DNA of 64,000 nucleotides from Eledone cirrhosa (GCA_964016885.1 OZ024766.1:5270001-5334000), one strand, 5' to 3'; positions 1 to 12,839 are shown, counted from the stretch's first letter. Notes: generated by a model from the sequence alone, not told the origin. Numbers and translations: made by a program.

Positions 1-1540
1 GACCCCAACCAGAACCTCAGCTCTCCTGGCCACAGCTCCTGTCCAAAGTTTCACCAAGTAACCACAACCAGAACCTCAACTCTCCTGGCCACAGCTCCTG
101 TCCAAAGTTTCACCAAGTAACCACAACCAGAATCTCAGCTCTCCTGGCCACAGCTCCTGTCCAAAGTTTCACCAAGTAACCACAACCAGAACCTCAGCTG
201 TCCTGGCCACAGCTCCTGTCCAAAGTTTCACCAAGTGACCACAGCCAGAACCTCAGCTCTCCTGGCCACAGCTCCTGTCCAAAGTTTCACCAAGTAAACA
301 CAGCCAGAACCTCAGCTCTCCTGGCCACAGCTCCTGTCCAAAGTTTCACCAAGTAAACACAACCAGAACCTCAGCTCTCCTGGCCACAGCTCCTGTCCAA
401 AGGTTCACCAAGTAAACACAGCCAGAACCTCAGCTGTCCTGGCCACAGCTCCTGTCCAAAGTTTCACCAAGTGACCCCAACCAGAACCTCAACTCTCCTG
501 GCCACAATTCCTGTCCAAAGTTTCACCAAGTAAACACAACCAGAACCTCAACTCTCCTGGCCACAGCTCCTGTCCAAAGTTTCACCAAGTAACCACAGCC
601 AGAACCTCAGCTCTCCTGGCCACAGCTCCTGTCCAAAGTTTCACCAAGTAACCACAGCCAGAACCTCAGCTCTCCTGGCCACAGCTCCTGTCCAAAGTTT
701 CACCAAGTAACCACAACCAGAACCTCAGCTCTCCTGGCCACAGCTCCTGTCCAAAGTTTCACCAAGTAACCACAGCCAGAACCTCAGCTCTCCTGGCCAC
801 AGCTCCTGTCCAAAGTTTCACCAAGTAACCACAGCCAGAACCTCAGCTGTCCTGGCCACAGCTCCTGTCCAAAGTTTCACCAAGTGACCCCAACCAGAAC
901 CTCAACTCTCCTGGCCACAATTCCTGTCCAAAGTTTCACCAAGTAACCACAACCAGAACCTCAGCTCTCCTGGCCACAGCTCCTGTCCAAAGTTTCACCA
1001 AGTAACCACAACCAGAACCTCAGCTCTCCTGGCCACAGCTCCTGTCCAAAGTTTCACCAAGTGACCCCAACCAGAACCTCAGCTCTCCTGGCCACAGCTC
1101 CTGTCCAAAGTTTCACCAAGTAACCACAGCCAGAACCTCAGCTGTCCTGGCCACAGCTCCTGTCCAAAGTTTCACCAAGTAACCACAACCAGAACCTCAG
1201 CTCTCCTGGCCACAGCTCCTGTCCAAAGTTTCACCAAGTGACCCCAACCAGAACCTCAACTCTCCTGGCCACAATTCCTGTCCAAAGTTTCACCAAGTAA
1301 CCACAGCCAGAACCTCAGCTCTCCTGGCCACAGCTCCTGTCCAAAGTTTCACCAAGTAACCACAACCAGAAACTCAGCTGTCCTGGTCACAGCTTCTGTC
1401 CAAAGTTTCAGGAAGTGACCACAACCAGAACCTCAGCTCTCCTGGCCACAGCTTCTGTCCAAAGTTTCACCAAGTAACCACAACCAGAACCTCAGCTCTC
1501 CTGGCCACAGCTCCTGTCCAAAGGTTCACCAAGTAACCAC
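1..1540. repeat. 59-bp tandem repeat (~26 copies, runs off the window start)
   Basis: Unit aaccacaaccagaacctcagctctcctggccacagctcctgtccaaagtttcaccaagt recurs every 59 nt. Confidence 0.95.
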
Positions 1541-1572
1541 CTCTTGCTGACCTTGTATCACTCTGACTCAAA

Positions 1573-1621
1573 ATGATGACCTCCAGCATTGACCTTTCCT
1601 TCCTCTTTCTCGTGACAGTTG
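1573..1621 (+). CDS. Exon 1 (signal peptide) of M4 metalloprotease: MMTSSIDLSFLFLVTV+G, phase-1 donor
   Basis: tcaaaATG start context and 16 hydrophobic codons, then G|GTGAGT donor at 1622. Splices in frame (G+CG=Ala) to the acceptor at 8411/8412, giving MMTSSIDLSFLFLVTVALLGNDVVMSA. Confidence 0.75.
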
Positions 1622-1878
1622 GTGAGTTGATCTTTATTGTTTGGAAAGTAACTTAAAACAGGTTCTTACATGAAAGTATGTCATAAAGTTCTTAGATAAA
1701 TATAAACACTTTAACCCTTTTCTTATTATATTTGTTATGAAAGGCACCGGTGATTGGAACATAACTTAACAAAGGATTTAACACAAAATTCTTACTAAAA
1801 TACTAACTTAACAAATGGTTCTTATATAAAATTATGTTGGAAGATTTAAATTTAAATCAGAACCCATTAACCCTTTAC

Positions 1879-2553
1879 CATTTACATTACTCTATATATA
1901 CTATTGTATTGTCACAGTAAAGGCTTTACCTCATATAATATCTCACATAACATTTACATTACTCTATATATACTATTGTATTGTCACAGTAAAGGCTTTA
2001 CCTCACATAATACCTCACATAACATTTACATTACTCTATATATACTATTGTATTGTCACAGTAAAGGCTTTACCTCACATAAAATCTCACATAACATTTA
2101 CATTACTCTATATATACTATTGTATTGTCACAGTAAAGGCTTTACCTCACATAAAATCTCACATAACATTTACATTACTCTATATATACTATTGTATTTT
2201 CACAGTAAAGGCTTTACCTCACATAATACCTCACATAACATTTACATTACTCTATATATACTATTGTATTGTCACAGTAAAGGCTTTACCTCACATAAAA
2301 TCTCACATAACATTTACATTACTCTATATATACTATTGTATTTTCACAGTAAAGGCTTTACCTCACATAATACCTCACATAACATTTACATTACTCTATA
2401 TATACTATTGTATTGTCACAGTAAAGGCTTTACCTCACATAAAATCTCACATAACATTTACATTACTCTATATATACTATTGTATTGTCACAGTAAAGGC
2501 TTTACCTCACATAATATCTCACATAGCATTTACATTACTCTATATATACTATT
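1879..2553. repeat. 72-bp tandem repeat (~9 copies)
   Basis: Unit catttacattactctatatatactattgtattgtcacagtaaaggctttacctcacataaaatctcacataa; 24-aa periodicity in the spurious ORF. Confidence 0.95.
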
Positions 2554-3665
2554 GCGTGTGTGTCTTTATATATATGTGTGTGTGTGTGCCTTTATATATA
2601 TATGTGTGTCTTTATATATATGTGTGTCTGTGCCTTTATATATATGTGTGTGTGTCTTTATATATATGTGTGTGTGTGTCTTTATATATATGTGTGTCTT
2701 TATATATACATATATATGTGCGTGTGTGTCTTTATATATATGTGTGTGTGCCTTTATATATATATGTGTCTTTATATATTTATATATATGTGTGTGTGTG
2801 TCTTTATATATATGTGTGTGTGTGTCTTTATATATATGTGTGTGTGTCTTTATATATATCTGTGTGTCTTTATATATATATATATGTGTGCGTGTGTGTC
2901 TTTATATATATGTGTGTGTGTGCCTTTATATCTATGTGTGTCTTTATATATACATATATATGTGCGTGTGTGTCTTTATATATATGTGTGTGTGCCTTTA
3001 TATATATATGTGTGTCTTTATATACATATATATGTGTGTGTGTGTCTTTATATATATGTGTGTGTGTCTTTATATATATCTGTGTGTCTTTATATATATA
3101 TATATGTGTGTGTGTGTGCCTTTATATATATATGCGTGTGTGTGTCTTTATATATATGTATGTGTGTGCCTTTATATATATATGTGTGTCTTTATATATA
3201 TATATATATGTGTGTGTGTGTGCCTTTATATATATATGTGTGTGTGTGTCTATATATATATATATATGTGTGTGCGTGTGTGTGCCTTTATATATATATG
3301 TGTGTCTTTATATATATATATATATGTGTGCGTGTGTGTGTCTTTATATATATATGTGTGTCTTTATATATACATATATATGTGCGTGTGTCTTTATATA
3401 TATGTGTGTGTGTGTGCCTTTATATATATATGTGTCTATATATATATATATATATGCGTTTGTGTCTTTATATATATGTGTGTGTGTCTGTCTTTATATA
3501 TATGTGTGTGTGTCTTTATATATATATATGTGTGTCTTTATATATATATATATATGTGTGTGTGTGTCTTTATATATATGTGTGTGTGTGTGTCTGTGTC
3601 TTTATATATATGTGTGTGTGCCTTTATATATATATGTGTGTCTTTATATATATATATATATATAT
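2554..3665. repeat. Compound (TA)n/(TG)n microsatellite
   Basis: Direct inspection; the same motif resumes at 4778-5815. Confidence 0.95.
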
Positions 3666-4739
3666 GAAAAAAGTTTGTCCTCTATCAGTGATCTTCCAAC
3701 CATCATCGGTATTTCATCGCTTTAAAGACCATATACCTCCGGTTGGTGCAAGCAACGGCTGAAAAAAGTCGTTGGGACACGTAAATAAAGGGGACGCGAG
3801 GGTAAACAAACAAAATGGTGAGGCAACAGAAAGTGAGGAAGAAAGAGACAAGTCCCAGATTTCTATGAATTTAAATTCGGTGAAATCGTGAACGAGAGAC
3901 TAAAGACCATCAAACCTGGTTGAAATGTGAGCAAGGAAGGAATTTTGCACAGGTCTAACGGGAGGAAGAAGGGGTCAGGTCTGCGAATTCGGTAAACATA
4001 AGTTCTGTGAAATCGCAGACGAGAGAGAGAGAGAAAAAATTCCGACCAGCTTGGCCGAGAGTGTGAGAGAAAAGTGTTACTCACAGGTCAAACGTGAAGA
4101 AAGAGGAGGAGGAGAGATAGTGACAGAGAATGAGTGAGTGAAGGGTGAGGAAGAGGCTAACAGAGAGAGAGACTGCTAGAAAGGGTAACCCGTCTTTTTC
4201 GTTCTATGTATCTTACCCTTTCTAGCAGTCTCTCTCTCTGTTAGCCTCTTCCTCACCCTTCACTCACTCATTCTCTGTCACTATCTCTCCTCCTCCTCTT
4301 TCTTCACGTTTGACCTGTGAGTAACACTTTTCTCTCACACTCTCGGCCAAGCTGGTCAGAATTTTTTCTCTCTCTCTCTCGTCTGCGATTTCACAGAACT
4401 TATGTTTACCGAATTCGCAGACCTGACCCCTTCTTCCTCCCATTAGACCTGTGCAAAATTCCTTCCTTGCTCACATTTCAACCAGGTTTGATGGTCTTTA
4501 TTCTCTCGTTCACGATTTCACCGAATTTAAATTCATAGAAATCTGGGACTTGTCTCTTTCTTCCTCACTTTCTGTTGCCTCACCATTTTGTTTGTTTACC
4601 CTCGCGTCCCCTTTATTTACGTGTCCCAACGACTTTTTTTAGCCGTTGCTTGCACCAACCGGAGGTATATGGTCTTTAAAGCGATGAAATACCGATGATG
4701 GTTGGAAGATCACTGATGAAGGACAAACTTTTTTCATAT
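3662..4739. mobile_element. Foldback element: ~527-bp near-perfect inverted arms with 24-bp spacer
   Basis: 3662-4188 is the reverse complement of 4213-4739 with few mismatches (near-identical ORFs at 3863..4084(-) and 4317..4538(+)); inserted in a TA microsatellite. Confidence 0.85.
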
Positions 4740-4777
4740 GTAACCCATTTGCAACTCCGCAGCGCCCTTATTATTTT

Positions 4778-4900
4778 ATATATATATATATGTGTGTGTC
4801 TTTATATATATATGTGTGTCTTTATATATACATATATGTGCGTGTGTGTCTTTATATATATGTGTGTGTGTGTGTGTGCCTTTATATATATATGTGTCTT

Positions 4901-4931
<31 letters not shown>

Positions 4932-5436
4932 CTTTATATATATGTGTGTGTGTGTGTGTGTGCCTTTATATATATATGTGTCTTTATATATACATATATA
5001 TATGCGTGTGTGTCTTTATATATATGTGTGTGTGTGTGCCTTTGTATATATATGTGTGTCTTTATATATATATATATATATGCGTGTGTGTCTTTATATA
5101 TATGTGTGTGTGTGTGTGTCTTTATATATATATGTGTGTCTTTATATATATATATATATGTGTGCGTGTGTGTCTTTATATATATATGTGTGTGCCTTTA
5201 TATATATATGTGTCTTTATATATACATATATATGTCTGTGTGTGTCTTTATATATATGTGTGTGTGTGTGCCTTTATATATATATGCGTGTGTGTGTCTT
5301 TATATATATGTGTGTGTGTGTCTTTATATATATAGGTGTGTGTGTGTCTTTAGATATATGTGTGTGTGTGTGCCTTTTTATATATATGTGTGTCTTTATA
5401 TATATATATATAGGTGCGTGTGTGTCTTTATATATA

Positions 5437-5473
<37 letters not shown>

Positions 5474-5513
5474 GTGTGTTTATATATATATATATATGTG
5501 TGTGTGTGTTTAG

Positions 5514-5549
<36 letters not shown>

Positions 5550-5566
5550 ATATATATATATATGTG

Positions 5567-5617
<51 letters not shown>

Positions 5618-5815
5618 ATGGTTGTGTTTATATATATATGTGTGTGTTTATATATATATATGTATGTGTGTCTGTATATATATATGTATGTGTGTTTATA
5701 TATATATATATATATATATATAAGTGGATGTATATATATATACAAGTGCGTGTGTATACCAGTGTGTGCGTATATATACATGTGCGTATATATGTGTGGG
5801 TGTGTATAGTTAATT
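4778..5815. repeat. Compound (TA)n/(TG)n microsatellite
   Basis: Direct inspection. Confidence 0.95.
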
Positions 5816-5900
5816 ATACATACATATCTCAGAGGTTATCAAATTAATGTCATAATTAGCCTGTTAATTACTTATAAAACAATTTTATTAAAGTGACACA

Positions 5901-8322
5901 GTGTGGTGGTGGTGGTGGTGGTGGTGTAGTGGTGGTGGTGGTGTGGTGGTGGCGGTGCTGGTGGTGTGGTGGTGGTGGTGGTGGTGGTGTAGTGGTGGTG
6001 GTGGTGGTGGTGGTGGTGTAGTGGTGGTGGTGGTGTAGTGGTGGTGGTGGTGTGGTGGTGGTGGTGTAGTGGTGGTGGTGGTGTGGTGGTGGCGGTGCTG
6101 GTGGTGTGGTGGTGGTGGTGGTGGTGGTGTAGTGGTGGTGGTGGTGTAGTGGTGGTGGTGGTGTGGTGGTGGTGGTGGTGTAGTGGTGGTGGTGTAGTGG
6201 TGGTGGTGGTGGTGTAGTGGTGGTGGTGGTGTGGTGGTGGTGGTGGTGGTGGTGTAGTGGTGGTGGTGGTGGTGGTGTAGTGGTGGTGGTGGTGTAGTGG
6301 TGGTGGTGGTGTGGTGGTGGTGGTGGTGTAGTGGTGGTGGTGTAGTGGTGGTGGTGGTGGTGTAGTGGTGGTGGTGGTGTGGTGGTGGTGGTGGTGGTGG
6401 TGTAGTGGTGGTGGTGGTGGTGGTGGTGGTGTAGTGGTGGTGGTGGTGTAGTGGTGGTGGTGGTGTGGTGGTGGTGGTGTAGTGGTGGTGGTGGTGGTGG
6501 TGTAGTGGTGGTGGTGGTGTAGTGGTGGTGGTGGTGTGGTGGTGGTGGTGGTGTAGTGGTGGTGGTGTAGTGGTGGTGGTGGTGGTGTAATGGTGGTGGT
6601 GGTGTGGTGGTGGTGGTGGTGGTGGTGTAGTGGTGGTGGTGGTGGTGGTGGTGGTGTAGTGGTGGTGGTGGTGTAGTGGTGGTGGTGGTGTGGTGGTGGT
6701 GGTGTAGTGGTGGTGGTGGTGGTGGTGTAGTGGTGGTGGTGGTGTAGTGGTGGTGGTGGTGTGGTGGTGGTGGTGGTGTAGTGGTGGTGGTGGTGGTAGT
6801 GGTGGTGGTGGTAGTGTAGTGGTGGTGGTGGTAGTGTAGTGGTGGTGGTGGTGGTAGTGGTGGTGGTGGTGGTGGTGGTGTAGTGGTGGTGGTGGTGGTG
6901 GTGGTGGTGGTGTAGTGGTGGTGGTGGTGGTGGTGTAGTGGTGGTGGTGGTGTAGTGGTGGTGGTGGTGTGGTGGTGGTGGTGGTGTAGTGGTGGTGGTG
7001 GTGGTGGTGGTGGTGGTGTAGTGGTGGTGGTGGTGGTGGTGTAGTGGTGGTGGTGGTGTAGTGGTGGTGGTGGTGTGGTGGTGGTGGTGGTGTAGTGGTG
7101 GTGGTGGTGGTGGTGGTGGTGGTGTAGTGGTGGTGGTGGTGGTGGTGTAGTGGTGGTGGTGGTGTAGTGGTGGTGGTGGTGTGGTGGTGGTGGTGGTGTA
7201 GTGGTGGTGGTGTGGTGGTGGTGGTGGTGTAGTGGTGGTGGTGGTGTAGTGGTGGTGGTGGTGTGGTGGTGGTGGTGGTGGTGTAGTGGTGGTGGTGGTG
7301 GTGTAGTGGTGGTGTAGTGGTGGTGTAGTGGTGGTGGTGGTGTAGTGGTGGTGGTGGTGTTGGTGGTGGTGGTGGTGTAGTGGTGGTGGTGGTGGTGTAG
7401 TGGTGGTGGTGGTGGTGGTGGTGTTGGTGTTGGTGGTGGTGGTGGTGTAGTGGTGGTGGTGGTGGTGTTGGTGGTGGTGGTGGTGTAGTGGTGGTGTAGT
7501 GGTGGTGGTGGTGGTGTAGTGGTGGTGTAGTGGTGGTGGTGGTGTAGTGGTGGTGGTGGTGTAGTGGTGGTGGTGGTGTAGTAGTGGTGGTGGTGGTGTA
7601 GTGGTAGTGGTGGTGTAGTGGTGGTGGTGGTGGTGTTGTAGTGGTGGTGGTGGTGTAGTGGTGGTGGTGGTGGTGTTGGTGGTGGTGGTGGTGTAGTGGT
7701 GGTGTAGTGGTGGTGGTGGTGGTGTAGTGGTGGTGTAGTGGTGGTGGTGGTGTAGTGGTGGTGGTGGTGTAGTGGTGGTGGTGGTGTAGTAGTGGTGGTG
7801 GTGGTGTAGTGGTAGTGGTGGTGTAGTGGTGGTGGTGGTGGTGTTGTAGTGGTGGTGGTGGTGTAGTGGTGGTGGTGGTGGTGTAGTGGTGGTGGTGGTG
7901 TAGTGGTGGAGGTGGTGGTGTAGTGGTGGTGTAGTGGTGGTGGTGGTGTAGTGGTGGTGGTGGTGTAGTGGTGGTGGTGGTGGTGTAGTGGTGGTGGTGT
8001 AGTGGTGGAGGTGGTGGTGTAGTGGTGGTGTAGTGGTGGAGGTGGTGGTGTAGTGGTGGTGGTGGTGTAGTGGTGGTGATGGTAGTGGTGGTGGTGGCGG
8101 TGGTGTGGTGGTGGTGGTGGTAGTGGTGGTGGTGTGGTGGTGGTGGTAGTGGTGGCGGTGGTAGTGGTGGTAGTGATGGTGGTGGTGTAGTGGTGTGGTG
8201 GTGGTGTAGTGGTGCTGGTGGTGTAGTGGTAGTGATGGTGGTGGTGTAGTGGTGGTGGTGGTGTGGTGGTGGCGGTGTGGTGGTGGTGTGGCGGTGGTGT
8301 GGTGGTGTGGTGGTGGTGGTGG
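5901..8322. repeat. ~2.4-kb (GGT)n/(GTA) trinucleotide microsatellite
   Basis: Direct inspection; source of the 892-aa H/T/P ORF on the minus strand. Confidence 0.95.
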
Positions 8323-8345
8323 CATTATTATTATTGTTATTATTA

Positions 8346-8377
<32 letters not shown>

Positions 8378-8411
8378 TTTAACATCTTATTGTTTTTTTT
8401 CTTGTGTCTAG

Positions 8412-10255
8412 CGTTGCTGGGCAACGATGTTGTGATGTCAGCAAAATGGCGACAGGCTAGGGACGTGTTCTTGTCCAACATGGAATCCCTGAGTGAGAAG
8501 ATGAAGCGGGAACCCCATCGTTTAATCACCACAAGGGACCTGTTTGGCATGACAGAGAATGAGGACGTAAAACTGACAGATTCTGCTCAGAGCGTCCAAG
8601 GAACTGACATCAAGAAGTACAAAGAAACTTATGAAGGACTTCCAGTGTTTGATGCTACCCTCACTGTCGAGACTGACGCAGTGACTGACCTCTATACTGG
8701 TCAAGTGACCGGGAAACTTGTCCAAAATCTTGACAAAGACATCGAATCTACGAAACCAAACGTCACTGAAGACGAAGCTGTGAAGTTAGCGGTGATGTAC
8801 GGTAATTTCACGACAGAAGGGGTCCATATAGAGAGTGAGAAACCCCTGTTGGAGATCTATGTGAAGGACCAGAAAGGTTTCTTGGTATATCGAGTGAGAT
8901 ATTTCGCTGTGACTGATAAGAGAAATTATCGATTCTGTATGATGATTGATGCTAAGACTGGAGACCTTCTTGAGAAATGGAACGCTCTGGAAAATAAACT
9001 AGTGCCTCATGAAATGAAAGGTATTGGAGGTAATAAATTGATGGGGAAACATGTATATGGAGAGGACATGCCATATTTAAATGTGGAACAAAGTGGTGAA
9101 GATTGTTATTTTTTAAATGATATCGTTAAAGTTTTCAATATGAAGGGTAAGAAGTTTTTAAATGCCGATGAACAGAAAATTTATCATGTTAATTGTAAGA
9201 AAAGGTCGCAAGATAAAATTAATAATGCTTATTCACCTATAAATGATGCTTTGTTTTATGGTTCGGTTGTCTACAACATGTACAAGGAATGGCTGAATGT
9301 GTCACCAGTAAAAGAGCTTCCTATGATATTTCAAGTGCATTATGGTCGTGATGTTGTAAATGCTTTTTACAATGGGAAAACCTTTTCATTTGGTGATGGT
9401 AACAAAGATTATATGCCCCTCGTCGCCTTAGATATTGTTGCCCATGAAGTCTCGCACTGTTTCACTGAGGAGAACTCTGGTTTGATATATGAAGCTCAGT
9501 CAGGGGCAATAGATGAAGCTTACAGCGACCTGGCTGGAGCAGCAGCAGAATACTTTGAATTTGACAAAAACAATTGGAAAATCGGAGAGGACATTTCCTC
9601 CAAGCCACTGCGGAAAATGTGTAAGCAATCGGATGACGGTCGTTCAATTATACACACCAGCAAATACCGTGATCACCTTAATGTACACCACTCCAGTGGT
9701 ATATTTAACAGGTTTTACTGCCTTTTATCGAAACGTAAGGGCTGGAATGTGCAAAAGACATTTCAGATAGTTGCCCTCGCCAATCGCTTCTATTGGCATC
9801 CAAAAACTGGCTTTAAAGAGGGCGCTTGCGATATTATAAAAGCCGCGTACGACCTTGGCTACGATTTGAAGGCCGTTAAGAAGTCTTTCAATAAGGTCGG
9901 CATTAAAGCGTGTGATATCTCTATATATGTACGTAGCGTCCATCAGAACTCGACTGTGGAGAAACTTAAATCTGTAGAAGGTGAGGAAGTCATCTTTAAA
10001 CTTACCGTAAAGAAGACACCGTGGAAGAAAGTGAATGTCCTGACATTCTCCGGTGAAGGGGATGTGGATCTTTATGTTTGTTTCCGGAAGGTTAACTGTA
10101 AAGAACATCTCACGAAATGGAGATCAAACAAACCTGGAACTGACCAACAGGTTACCATGACAAATCCAAAATCTGGTGAATATTTCATAAAGTTGAAACC
10201 TCAAACAAGGTCGTATTTCTCAGAAGTGACCATGAAAATAACATTTGAAGGATAA
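8412..10255 (+). CDS. Exon 2 of secreted M4-family (thermolysin/vibriolysin/elastase-like) zinc metalloprotease: FTP/PepSY-like propeptide, Peptidase_M4, M4_C, C-terminal PPC-like domain
   Basis: Pyrimidine tract plus ctAG acceptor at 8410-8411. Motifs VNAFYNGKTFSFGDG, HEVSH (HExxH, 9443-9457), GAIDEAYSD (third Zn ligand), NVHHSSGIFNR; LasB/vibriolysin-like GACDII...FNKVGIKAC; PPC-like GEGDVDLYV...GEYFIKL; TAA at 10253-10255. Confidence 0.93.
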
Positions 10256-11380
10256 CATAAATAGAGATAAAAAATATATATTTCAACTATTATTTATAGT
10301 TATCTGCATGGTGGCAATTGAAGGAAAAAAAATATATATATACAAACTAAAAATTAACATTTGAAGAATAAAATACAGGAACAAATCATCATCATCATCA
10401 TCAACGTTTAACATCCGTGTTCCACGCTTGCATGGGTTAGGACGGGGATTTTCCCACTTGAGGCAAGAGTGATTATCTTGCTCGCATAGGACTGTCTGGC
10501 GGGTTTTCTACAGCTGGATGCCCTTCCTAACACCAACCACATTTACAGTGTGGGGCTGGGAGGTTTTTACCGTGTTGCCTACACGGCCACATACATATAT
10601 ATATATATATATAATATATATTAATATATATATATATATATATATATTTCAACTATTATCTATAGTTCTCTGCATGGTGGCAATTGAAGAATTAAAAAAA
10701 AATACATAAACATATATTTCAACTATTATCTATAGTTCTCTGCATGGTGGCAATTGAATAATTAAAAAAAATACATATATATATATTTCAACTATTATCT
10801 ATAGTTCCCAGTATGGTGGTGATTGAAGAAGAATAAAAAATATATTTAACTAAACAAGTATATTTCAACCTCGCTTTTTTCTTAACTATTATTGTAATTC
10901 TCTGCATGGTGGTGGCTGAAGAATAAATTTGAAAAAAAAAAATGTTTTCAACTATTATTGTAATTCTCTGCATGGTGGTGACTGAAGAATAAATGCATAG
11001 TGACACACACACACACACACAGATACACACACGCATACACAGTCACAAATAACAACACCACAACCACCACCAACACTAGTTATGTAACAATATATATGTG
11101 TGTGTGTATATATATATATGTATATACACACATATATATGTGTGTGTGTGTATATATGTATATATAAAAATATATATGTATGTGTATATATATATATATA
11201 AATACAAATATATATATATATACATATATATATATATTATATATATATATTAACATAAACAGAGATAAAAAAATATATATTTCAACTATTATTTATAGTT
11301 ATCTGCATGGTGGCAATTGAAGGATAAAAAATATATATATACAAACTAAAAATTAACATTTGAAGAATAAAATGCAGGAA
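10256..11380. repeat. Degenerate ~70-bp repeats 3' of the M4 stop, with 10254-10380 duplicated at ~11252-11380
   Basis: Recurrent tttcaactattat...ctgcatggtggcaattgaa; AATAAA near 10367. Confidence 0.6.
10386..10591 (-). mobile_element. SINE 3' fragment (GGAAGGGCATCC-containing family, (GAT)n tail)
   Basis: catcatcat...tttctacagctggatgcccttcctaacaccaacc, shared with about 10 other copies in the window. Confidence 0.8.
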
Positions 11381-11681
11381 TAAATACACACACACACACA
11401 CTCACATATATATATATATATATATACGCCATCTTGCAAGATGGCGAAGGACAGAACAAAGGTGAGGCACAAAAAACAAAGAAAAGAATCCCCAGTCACT
11501 GAAGAGGTTACAGAATGTGTGACAAAAGAACTTTGACAATATATGAACAATCGTCTGGTTGTGGAACCAACCAACCAACCGGAAATTTATAAATTCCTAA
11601 ATTTATAAATTTAATTTATAATAAATTGAAGTGAAAGCAACTGGTGCGTGTGTTTCTTATTGGCAACATGACCCTCCCAAA

Positions 11682-11759
<78 letters not shown>

Positions 11760-11798
11760 ATATGTATATATATATACACACAAATATATATATATGTA

Positions 11799-11842
<44 letters not shown>

Positions 11843-12077
11843 ATATTTAGAAACACACAGATACATGCGGACACACACATATACATGAATGCATCCACAC
11901 CCAACCGTGAGTTAAGGGTGCCAACCTTACCGATGTTGCTCAATGAATGACTGGGACAGACCAATCCGGTTGAACCAGACTGAACCAGTATCAGAGTTAA
12001 AAATACATTATGAAGAGAGAAGAAACATTTAGATATAATTAGTAATAAAATGTATCATACCTAAACTGCTCCTAGAT

Positions 12078-12167
12078 TCCTCGACTACGTAGTTTCGTGG
12101 CATAAACAAAAACAATACATCATAAAGATATAGCGTCTTTGCGAGGTCTGCCGACTTATCAAGAGGA
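12078..12167 (-). ncRNA. Type I hammerhead ribozyme motif, U3-A8 core variant
   Basis: Minus strand: tcctc TTGATAA gtcggca...tgccac GAAAC tacgta GTC gagga; stems I and II and a palindromic stem III all pair. Confidence 0.6.
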
Positions 12168-12477
12168 TACCTCATTTTACTAGCTTCAAGAACGCGTCTA
12201 CACGACGTGAGAAAGAATCCCAAAAGGCGGAGGGGGAGATAGTCATGCGATATAACGGTCGAGAAACAGAGCTAAGCCTCTTATAACCCCGAAGAAAATA
12301 CCACGGAGGCGGAGGGGGTATATATATCGAAGCCGTAGAAGAGGTGGTGAAGGAGGTGAGAAGTATATACATATACACATATATACAAATATATATATAT
12401 ATGTGTATATATGCACACATATATATATATATATATATATACACATATTTATGTATACATATATATGTATATATGTA

Positions 12478-12545
<68 letters not shown>

Positions 12546-12839
12546 TATATATATATTAAATTCTCTATATTTATCTCCAAATTACTTATTTGTTGAGCAA
12601 ACCTGCCAAAACCACTACTAATTTATTGGTGTGATAGTAGGCTTCTGTCATCTTACCACCCCACTCCTACCCTCAGTGTCACGTGATTGATTCTTTAGAA
12701 TCTGCCATTCGACCAGAGACAGCGAGATTTTCAGTGCATGGAATCCAGTCCCCGCTAGCTGTTCCATCTACCGAATTATTATTATTTTTATATGAGTCCC
12801 CAGTGTCCGCGCATTGCCTGGAGACTTAGCTGAGAATAG

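Noticed and set aside
1904-5847. Long Y/I/C/V-rich ORFs (also at 11.6-18 kb, 34-37.9 kb, 41.5-43.5 kb, 49.8-51.3 kb, 53.6-54.5 kb)
   Set aside because: Translations of (TA)n/(CA)n/(TC)n tracts and tandem repeats
8249-8411. N-terminal extension of the M4 ORF (poly-V/G/I)
   Set aside because: GTG start inside a microsatellite; a clear acceptor at 8411 and an upstream in-phase exon explain the true N-terminus
5872-8550. 892-aa His/Thr/Pro-rich ORF
   Set aside because: It is the antisense translation of the (GGT)n microsatellite and lacks stops only because of the repeat
8412-10255. Bacterial contamination as the source of the M4 gene
   Set aside because: Embedded in host microsatellites and SINEs, lacks its own start/signal peptide, has a spliceosomal acceptor and a downstream AATAAA
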